From Patescibacteria group bacterium (lineage in GTDB: Bacteria; Patescibacteriota; Microgenomatia; UBA1400; PJMF01): DNA of 64,000 nt. Below are positions 30,550 to 37,130 of this stretch, in pieces. The translations under genes and the position numbers were made by a program. The stretch spans positions 520,539 through 584,538 of the forward strand of contig BOKX01000001.1 of NCBI GenBank assembly GCA_016861205.1, in the 5' to 3' direction. Under the pieces are notes generated by a model. The model did not search any database, was not told the origin of the DNA, and saw only the letters and a list, made by a program, of their open reading frames with translations. The stretch's first letter is position 1. Every line of letters begins with the position of its first letter.

Positions 30550-30594
30550 CCTGACGTACTGTTGGTACAGTTTTTAGCGCCAACCCTCCGAATT
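30522..30594 (-). ncRNA. Predicted ~73-nt antisense sRNA complementary to the adjacent tRNA-like RNA
   Basis: Lies between a promoter (30601-30629) and a terminator; carries UUCGGAGGGUUGGC and CUGUACCAACAG, exact complements of 30679-30692 and 30694-30705 of the tRNA-like RNA. Confidence 0.7.
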
Positions 30595-30600
30595 GAAGTG

Positions 30601-30629
30601 AATATATCAAATCACTAGTCGAAAAGCAA
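30601..30629 (-). promoter_or_regulatory. sigma70-type promoter (extended -10) for the predicted sRNA
   Basis: Minus strand TTGCTT-17 nt-TATATT with TG one base before the -10. Confidence 0.75.
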
Positions 30630-30644
30630 GTTTTACTCTCGTCG

Positions 30645-30712
30645 TGGAGGTGAGGAGAATCGAACTCCCACGCCAACGTTCGGAGGGTTGGCTCTGTACC
30701 AACAGCACCCCC
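30645..30712 (-). tRNA. Non-canonical 68-nt tRNA-like RNA: Ala-type acceptor, CCG anticodon loop, reduced D-arm
   Basis: GGGGGUG/CACCUCC-A acceptor with G3:U70; CUGU-UGGU-ACAG; GCCAAC-C-CUCCGAA-C-GUUGGC; GU; GGGAG-UUCGAUU-CUCCU; CCA not encoded. Confidence 0.75.
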
Positions 30713-30766
30713 ACGATACCCAGAGTATGCTTGAGAAAGCTTGCACCAGGCTTGGATGCGTCATAT

Positions 30767-30795
30767 TTGATTTTAAGCCTATAATTTGCTATACT
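30767..30795 (+). promoter_or_regulatory. sigma70-type promoter with a GCCTATAA box in the spacer
   Basis: TTGATT-TTAAGCCTATAATTTGC-TATACT. Confidence 0.75.
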
Positions 30796-30857
30796 TGGCC
30801 TATTGATCCGACTGATTGAGGCAGTCAAATTGCTTGACTCCCCTCGCTCAGCCTGGA

Positions 30858-30990
30858 GCACCTTAACAAGTATCGGTTATTTCCTGGGGAACTGTCCCGC
30901 AGGTTGGGTTTAAGTATGGCTTGAACTCAGGCTGCGGGACGGTACTACAACGGTCGCCACAAAGCGACCACCGTAGCCCTGGAGGATGAG
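30858..30990 (+). ncRNA. Structured 5' leader motif, copy 1
   Basis: GCACCTTAACA, short hairpins, 53-nt long hairpin (30891-30943), SD-proximal hairpin; paralog at 31528-31665. Confidence 0.7.
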
Positions 30991-31218
30991 ATGGAACGCT
31001 TTAAGATAGCGATTGCATTTTTGTTTGTTGTCACATTGCTGGTTCTGGGAGCTTTAGTTCTGACTGATGGTCAGGGCCAAGAAATCGCACCAACTTTTCA
31101 AGTTGTACCAACGCCGCCTACCCAGGCGGCAACCCAGACAAGCATTGTCCCAACCCCAATGATTATTCCCACCCCCAATCTTGAAAAGGGGGTGGTGTTA
31201 AGCCCATCCCCCAAATAG
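30991..31218 (+). CDS. Small membrane-anchored/exported Pro-Thr-rich protein
   Basis: GGAGG SD, N-terminal hydrophobic helix, PTP repeats, terminator downstream. Confidence 0.75.
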   Translation: MERFKIAIAFLFVVTLLVLGALVLTDGQGQEIAPTFQVVPTPPTQAATQTSIVPTPMIIPTPNLEKGVVLSPSPK

Positions 31219-31232
31219 CCCTACTTGTAATC

Positions 31233-31264
31233 TGGGCCGGCCTCAAAAGCCGGCCCACTTTTTT
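31233..31264 (+). terminator. Intrinsic terminator
   Basis: TGGGCCGGC/GCCGGCCCA hairpin + CTTTTTT. Confidence 0.85.
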
Positions 31265-31287
31265 GCCTGGTTTTTAGTCCTATAACA

Positions 31288-31316
31288 TTGACTTTTGGCC
31301 TATAAAATGCTACAAT
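31288..31316 (+). promoter_or_regulatory. sigma70-type promoter with a GCCTATAA box in the spacer
   Basis: TTGACT-TTTGGCCTATAAAATGC-TACAAT. Confidence 0.8.
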
Positions 31317-31527
31317 GTGATTCTTAATATATCGAATGCAAACAGCTCAGTGAGCTGGTCTGCAGAGTCCTGGAATTATTGATTCTGTGACTCTACAGAT
31401 CTCCAAGTCATCAGTTGAGCAGTTACATTTGCGTAACTCTCTCAACTTAGACTTTGAACTGTAGACAAGGGAACTTCTGGACACAGAAGGTTACAGGCTT
31501 GCCTGGACACCACTCTGCGACCGAAGG

Positions 31528-31665
31528 GCACCTTAACAGAGATACAGGTTATTCCTTACGGGAAACTGTTCCGCATGGTGAGTTTAAGTGTGACTTGAAC
31601 TTAGCCTGCGGAACAGTATAAAAGCTTGCCAATTTAGGCCAAGCTCTGTACCCCGCGAGGAGATC
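31528..31665 (+). ncRNA. Structured 5' leader motif, copy 2
   Basis: Same order of elements as copy 1; long hairpin 31565-31617 with compensatory changes. Confidence 0.7.
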
Positions 31666-32511
31666 ATGTTCAAAAAACTCGTAATCCTTTTTGTTGTAGC
31701 CAACTTCGTGTTGGCCGTATCTGGGGGCGCAATCCCGGCACTCGCTCAGGATTCGTCTAATTGCAACCCTACCTACCATGAATCCGATGGCTCATGGACG
31801 TTTCCGGGCTGTACCCGGGCGGAAGTTGAAGAATGGTTGGGCGAAGAAATTGCTACCAACGATGCCACCGTCGAAGATGAAGAAAACAGCATCGCTCCCA
31901 CTTTGTTCGATGCCGACAGCTGTGCCCCCGAAATGGGGTGGTGCAGCTTTGACATTGGCACCAAAGAAGGGCAGATTACGTTGGTGTTTGGCGTTGATCT
32001 TAAATGGGGAACTGGCCTGCGTGCCCAACCGAGCAACCGTTGTGAAGTTGTCGTTTTGACCGAGGAAACTTGGTTCGAAAATTTTGGCTTGCGCGACGCC
32101 CGCTATGAGGTGTATCAGACTGCCGAAGGCAGCTGGTATGCTGGCTGGCTTCAAACGTTGGTTTCACAGCGTCTCGCTGAACAGGCAGGAAATTACACTT
32201 GCCCCAATGATGTCGGACACGTTAAGGTCTGGGATGCTGACACCGAGGAATTTATTTCCCTTGAAGACAGTACCTTGTGGCCCAATGATGATGCAACCAC
32301 GACCATTGTTGAGGGTGAATGGACTCCCACCGGCGAAGATGGCACTTTGTCTTTCGAGGCCGGGTGGTCCGTTATTGGGTGGGAAATTGCCATCGGTGAC
32401 ACTACCTATAGTGACTGCTATTTCGCGTCTGCGCCTGCTGCGGGTACGGTAACCTCTGGGGTCATTTGGCCCTATGAGGATGAAATCTCCGCAGCGGTCC
32501 CCTGCGAGTAA
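31666..32511 (+). CDS. Secreted acidic Cys-containing hypothetical protein
   Basis: GAGGAG SD, signal peptide (ALA-Q), D/E/T/W-rich, 8 Cys. Confidence 0.8.
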   Translation: MFKKLVILFVVANFVLAVSGGAIPALAQDSSNCNPTYHESDGSWTFPGCTRAEVEEWLGEEIATNDATVEDEENSIAPTLFDADSCAPEMGWCSFDIGTKEGQITLVFGVDLKWGTGLRAQPSNRCEVVVLTEETWFENFGLRDARYEVYQTAEGSWYAGWLQTLVSQRLAEQAGNYTCPNDVGHVKVWDADTEEFISLEDSTLWPNDDATTTIVEGEWTPTGEDGTLSFEAGWSVIGWEIAIGDTTYSDCYFASAPAAGTVTSGVIWPYEDEISAAVPCE

Positions 32512-32624
32512 GATTCTCCTGTCTCTCTGTTTTTCCCCCACACCTCACAGTGTGGGGGATACCCAAAGTTCATCTGACTTTTGCCAGGTGAATTTCGGGT
32601 ATCAAGTAACAAAAAGGAAACCCT

Positions 32625-32858
32625 ATGAAACACATCATGCCTTTCCTAACTGTCGTGATTCTGGCGGGAGCTTTTTTAGCGACGATTTTTGTGCAGACTA
32701 CTAGCTTGCTTAGCATCAAGGCTAGTGAAGCTCGCTCAGCAGCCGTTGATGGTTGTTTGAATGCGTCTTCATACACCTACTCAAAAGATGGCGTGACCAC
32801 TGTCGAACCAATCGAAAAAGCTGTCACGAAATGTTTAGAACTTAAAAACATTAAATAA
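32625..32858 (+). CDS. Small single-TM hypothetical protein with a Cys pair
   Basis: AAGGA SD, TM helix, AVDGC...KC. Confidence 0.7.
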   Translation: MKHIMPFLTVVILAGAFLATIFVQTTSLLSIKASEARSAAVDGCLNASSYTYSKDGVTTVEPIEKAVTKCLELKNIK

Positions 32859-32886
32859 CATTCAGCGCAAAACTTTAGCAGTCACT

Positions 32887-33780
32887 ATGTCAAAATTAAA
32901 GACAAACCAACCGCTCGTCTCTGTCATCATGCCGATGTTTAATGCAGTGGAATTTGTGGCGGAAACAATCAGGAGTATTCAAAATCAAACCTACCCAAAC
33001 TGGGAACTGATCATCATTGATGACTACTCAACTGATGCTTCACGAGCCTTGGCTAAAAAAATTGCTAAACAAGATAACCGAATCTCCGTTTTTCGTAATG
33101 GCAAACATCGTGGCGTGTCAGGAGCAGCCAACCTGGCTTTGGCTAAAGCCAAAGGCCAGTTCGTTGCTCGGATGGACGCAGACGACTTATCTAGCCCAGA
33201 TCGACTAGCCAAGCAAGTGCGATTTTTGCAAAAACACAAGCAAGTCGTGGCCGTAGGGAGTCAGTGTTATTTGATCGACAAACATGGTCAGAAAACTGGT
33301 ACCAAAACCTTTCCACTGGATTTTGAGTCCGTGAAAAACATGATGTTTTACAGCATCCCATTGCAGCAGCCATCTTTAATGGTGAACCGAAATCTGCTGC
33401 CCAGTAACTTTGTGTGGTACCGAGAAAATTATCAAACTGCTGAAGAAGTTGAACTTTTATTTAAGTTTTTCAAGTACGGAGAAGTGGTAAATCTGCCCGA
33501 TTACCTCTTGTCGTATCGGATTCATGGCAACAATATTTCACTCAGACACCCTAAGTCCACATTTTTTCTAACATTCAAAACTCGTTGGTTGGCAGTTTGG
33601 CACTTTGGTTATAAACCAACTGTTAAAGGTATTTTCATTACCTTAGCTCAAGCTGCGGTCGTGTTCATTTTGCCAGAACCTTGGATTTTTCCGCTCTATG
33701 CATTCCTACGAGGATTCCGGAAACGTAAGTGGCCGAGCATAACTGTCACTTGGCCAAACTGGTCATGGCAAACCAGTTAA
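32887..33780 (+). CDS. GT2 glycosyltransferase
   Basis: PLVSVIMP, QTYPNWELIIIDDYSTD, ARMDADD, RL.KQ. Confidence 0.92.
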   Translation: MSKLKTNQPLVSVIMPMFNAVEFVAETIRSIQNQTYPNWELIIIDDYSTDASRALAKKIAKQDNRISVFRNGKHRGVSGAANLALAKAKGQFVARMDADDLSSPDRLAKQVRFLQKHKQVVAVGSQCYLIDKHGQKTGTKTFPLDFESVKNMMFYSIPLQQPSLMVNRNLLPSNFVWYRENYQTAEEVELLFKFFKYGEVVNLPDYLLSYRIHGNNISLRHPKSTFFLTFKTRWLAVWHFGYKPTVKGIFITLAQAAVVFILPEPWIFPLYAFLRGFRKRKWPSITVTWPNWSWQTS

Positions 33781-33818
33781 CCTTTTTTACACTCAAGTTT
33801 GCTAAGATAGCTTCAGCA

Positions 33819-36800
33819 ATGCTGAAGCCGTGGGTTAAAAAAACTCTCAATCACTGGCCCGTAACACTTATTCTTTCGGTGTGGCTGTGTCTGCTTCTCA
33901 CCAACACTTATAATGATACTTGGCTGTTAGGTTGGGATAGTGTCGCCCCTGAGTTCAATCTCAAAGTAAACTTTATGAGAGCCGTGTTCCCTGCTTGGCA
34001 AGAGTTTCAGGGTTTAGGATTGGCAGGTGGAATGGGACATGGATCAGATCTGACGCGGTTGCCTTGGTTAGCCTTGAGTACTTTTATTTTGCCAGCTAAT
34101 CTTATCCGCTACAGCTGGCTGTGGTTGATGGTGCTGGCTGGACCACTGGGCGTCTATGCCTTGGGCTTAAGACTATTTCGCCACCAACAGAATTGGGTCA
34201 ATTCACTAGCAGCTGCAACTGCGGCTTTGTTTTACTTGGCTAACTTGGCCACAATTCAGTACTTCTTTGTACCACTTGAGACATTTTCTAGTTTTTTTGG
34301 TTGGTTACCCTGGCTAACATGGGCTGTTATCACTTACTGGGAAGAACCCAAAGCAAGCCAGCTGGCTAGGTGGTGGTTGGTGAGCCTGCTCAGCACCAGT
34401 GCCTTTTACGTACAAACACTACTGGTGGTATTTGGCTTTGTATTTGGCGGACTGGCCATCGAACATAGTCTGCGGCGTCGGCTTCACGGTTTGCTATCTG
34501 TTGGATTAGCCGGAATCATGCTTGGTGTCACACAGTTTTTTTGGTTTGCGCCGGTTGCCTACTTCACCTTAACTGCAGCAGATACAACCGTTAATGCCTT
34601 ACAAAATCGCTTAGCCACGCCAGAGGTTCAAGCCATGAATCATAGTTTTGGAGGTTGGTTTGAGAGTTTACGCTTGCGTGGCTATTGGTTCGAGTATGCC
34701 GATGTCAGCTTGGGCGATCCTATCCAATCCCGCTACTTGCTAGAAAAATGGCGCACTTTCACAGCACAACCACATATCATTAGTATTGAGTGGGCACTGA
34801 CAATCTTGGCAGGGGTTGGACTGATTCTTGCTGTTGTCCGGCGGCAAAAATGGAGTTTTGCCTGGCTTGGCATAGGAACCTGGAGCTTGGTTATGCTTTC
34901 GGCTGGCAATGGCTGGCTCGGTTGGATATTTAATCAGCTTGTAACAGCAATCCCACTGTTTGGACAGATGTTTAGAGTGGCTTTTACTAAGTGGTCACTG
35001 GTAACTGCACTGAGTTTCTCACTTGGTCTTGGTTGGTCGGTAGCTATCATAAGCGCAATTGTACCGACCAAGTTTAAAGCTAGTACAGCTGTCATCTCTA
35101 GCCTACTCATTATGAGTCTAAGCCTTGGCAGCGTTTGGCCAGCTTTTCAAGGCCAATTCTTATATCAAGGTGTCAAACCCAAGCTGCCTGTTGCGTATCT
35201 GCACGTTCAATCTTTCTTCCAATCTCAACCAACTCAGACACGGATTGCCATCCTGCCAATTCCTGATTTCTGGGGGTGGAGCTTTACCAACTGGGGCTAC
35301 CGTGGCAGTGGATTCCTTTGGTATGGCATCCCGCAACCAATTCTAGACCGCAATTTTGATGTATGGTCTTCCGCCAATGAAACTTTTTATCACCAATTAA
35401 GCACAGCGCTTTATGGTCGGAACATACCGGCCATCAAGGCGATCCTAGATCAATATGATGTTACCTACTTGCTCTTGGATTCCAGTATAGCCGTACCTGG
35501 CAAAAACCAAGAACTCCTCCGCTACACAGAGCTGCCGACCATCCTCGATCGCGTCGGGGCAAAACCTATCTGGAGCGAGGGTAGTTTGACTGTCTACCAA
35601 CTCATGCCTGCTCCAGTGGCTTCGTTCGTGACGGCACCTGGTAGCTTCCGAATTGCGAGTGCTGACACACTGTACTCACGGGTTGATCCCGTCTATCAGC
35701 AGCTCGGCAACTACATCGAGCCGATACCGACTGTACCAAGCCAAACGGTGTTCCCATTCGCCAACCTGACCACAACCTGGTTGACCAACGTACGCTATGA
35801 AGCTGATGGCGTCCATTTAATTGGCGAACTCCCGGCCACCACCGAGCAACTGAGACTTGTTATTCCCACTCCGGCTGTTGGGGAGCAATATACGACACCT
35901 GTTAGCGTGCTCCGAACCGCTGACGGTTTACTGCTAGAGTTCGCTCATCCGGGTGAGCTGCGAGTCGCCGGCCAACGTGTTTCACTACCACAGTTACCTC
36001 AGCTTGATTTACCACTGACAGCTAAAGTGGCAGCCACCACGCAGTTTACTATTTCACTCGGTGACCAGCGGTATGAGCTAGCCTCGACTGCTGCTCAACT
36101 CCAAGTTATGGTACCTCTTGAGTTTGGTCGCAGCTTGCCAATCAAAGTCAGTTACCAATCAGGTACTTCCAAATCAGCGCGCACTGACACCTTTACACTG
36201 CCAGCCGAAATTTGGCGAAACTTGGCCCAGCCACCGGAGCTCATCATTCCACCAGGGACTACTCAGCTGGAAGCAGTAGTAGCTAGCCAAGCTATCGAGC
36301 TCCCGTTTGTTAACTTACCTGGCACCAACTGTGATGTGTTACAACGAGGTAATAGTCGTCAAGAACAGGGACAAAGTACTGTCTCGTACTTTGCTGACCA
36401 GTATGGTGCTTGGTGTACTGGTTTGCCTATTTCGCAGTTGAACACTAATCAAAGTTGGCTGCTCCGTTGGCGAGGTGAAAACCGACAAGGCCGAAGCCTT
36501 AAGTGGTATCTGACAAACCAATCCACCCAACATACAGACTTGGAAGAGCTCCTGCCCAGTGGACAGTTTGACCGCACCTCCCCAGTCCTGGCCTGGACAC
36601 TCTTACCAACAGCTGGATATAGCCTTAACTGGGAAACCCGCTCTTTTGGCCAACCCAGCCAGAATCTATTGGCTGCTGTCACCGCTTATCCTTTGCCACT
36701 CTCGACACTCACTCAGCTACAGGTCATTCCGGTAACCGGCAGCTATCCGCTCACTGCCTTTAGTAATCAAGTCACCATTCGCAACCTCCGCAAAACTGGT

Positions 36801-37130
36801 ACCTATCAATACCAATTCACTGCTGATGTCACGAGCTCGAATGGACTAATCACCTTGTCACAAGGATATGATGCTGGGTGGCTGGGTTTTGTCCAGCCTT
36901 CTGGCAGCCGCTGGCCGTGGCAATGGCAACGACTCGCCCACACCCGCTACAACGGCTGGGCGAATGCCTGGATTATTCCCGATCGCGGCACCCACACTGT
37001 TCTTCTGTTCTACTGGCCTCAGTTGTTGAGTTTTGCCGGATTTATCGCCTTAGGAGTCAGTGGTGGTGTGATTCTGACATGGTCAACGCTACGCTTCGTG
37101 CAAGCTTCGCGATCTAAGATGAGCTCATGA
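33819..37130 (+). CDS. Very large GT-C-like membrane protein with a long extracytoplasmic region (AftD/YfhO-like architecture)
   Basis: About 12 N-terminal TMs (GWD, FR..FTKW), long beta-rich region, C-terminal QGYDAGW..NGWANAW..YWPQ + TM; start moved to ATG 33819. Confidence 0.72.
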   Translation: MLKPWVKKTLNHWPVTLILSVWLCLLLTNTYNDTWLLGWDSVAPEFNLKVNFMRAVFPAWQEFQGLGLAGGMGHGSDLTRLPWLALSTFILPANLIRYSWLWLMVLAGPLGVYALGLRLFRHQQNWVNSLAAATAALFYLANLATIQYFFVPLETFSSFFGWLPWLTWAVITYWEEPKASQLARWWLVSLLSTSAFYVQTLLVVFGFVFGGLAIEHSLRRRLHGLLSVGLAGIMLGVTQFFWFAPVAYFTLTAADTTVNALQNRLATPEVQAMNHSFGGWFESLRLRGYWFEYADVSLGDPIQSRYLLEKWRTFTAQPHIISIEWALTILAGVGLILAVVRRQKWSFAWLGIGTWSLVMLSAGNGWLGWIFNQLVTAIPLFGQMFRVAFTKWSLVTALSFSLGLGWSVAIISAIVPTKFKASTAVISSLLIMSLSLGSVWPAFQGQFLYQGVKPKLPVAYLHVQSFFQSQPTQTRIAILPIPDFWGWSFTNWGYRGSGFLWYGIPQPILDRNFDVWSSANETFYHQLSTALYGRNIPAIKAILDQYDVTYLLLDSSIAVPGKNQELLRYTELPTILDRVGAKPIWSEGSLTVYQLMPAPVASFVTAPGSFRIASADTLYSRVDPVYQQLGNYIEPIPTVPSQTVFPFANLTTTWLTNVRYEADGVHLIGELPATTEQLRLVIPTPAVGEQYTTPVSVLRTADGLLLEFAHPGELRVAGQRVSLPQLPQLDLPLTAKVAATTQFTISLGDQRYELASTAAQLQVMVPLEFGRSLPIKVSYQSGTSKSARTDTFTLPAEIWRNLAQPPELIIPPGTTQLEAVVASQAIELPFVNLPGTNCDVLQRGNSRQEQGQSTVSYFADQYGAWCTGLPISQLNTNQSWLLRWRGENRQGRSLKWYLTNQSTQHTDLEELLPSGQFDRTSPVLAWTLLPTAGYSLNWETRSFGQPSQNLLAAVTAYPLPLSTLTQLQVIPVTGSYPLTAFSNQVTIRNLRKTGTYQYQFTADVTSSNGLITLSQGYDAGWLGFVQPSGSRWPWQWQRLAHTRYNGWANAWIIPDRGTHTVLLFYWPQLLSFAGFIALGVSGGVILTWSTLRFVQASRSKMSS

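Noticed and set aside
30645-30712. Full-length or two-piece tmRNA gene (ssrA)
   Set aside because: The 5' and 3' acceptor strands are only 68 nt apart in normal order, leaving no room for a tag ORF or pseudoknots; kept only as a tag-less alternative.
30607-30861. 84-aa minus-strand ORF over the tRNA-like gene (possible type I toxin)
   Set aside because: No clear SD, it crosses an opposite-strand promoter, and the intact cloverleaf explains the sequence better; not fully excluded without Ribo-seq.
28179-32858. Prophage or integrative element
   Set aside because: No integrase, transposase, phage genes or flanking direct repeats seen.
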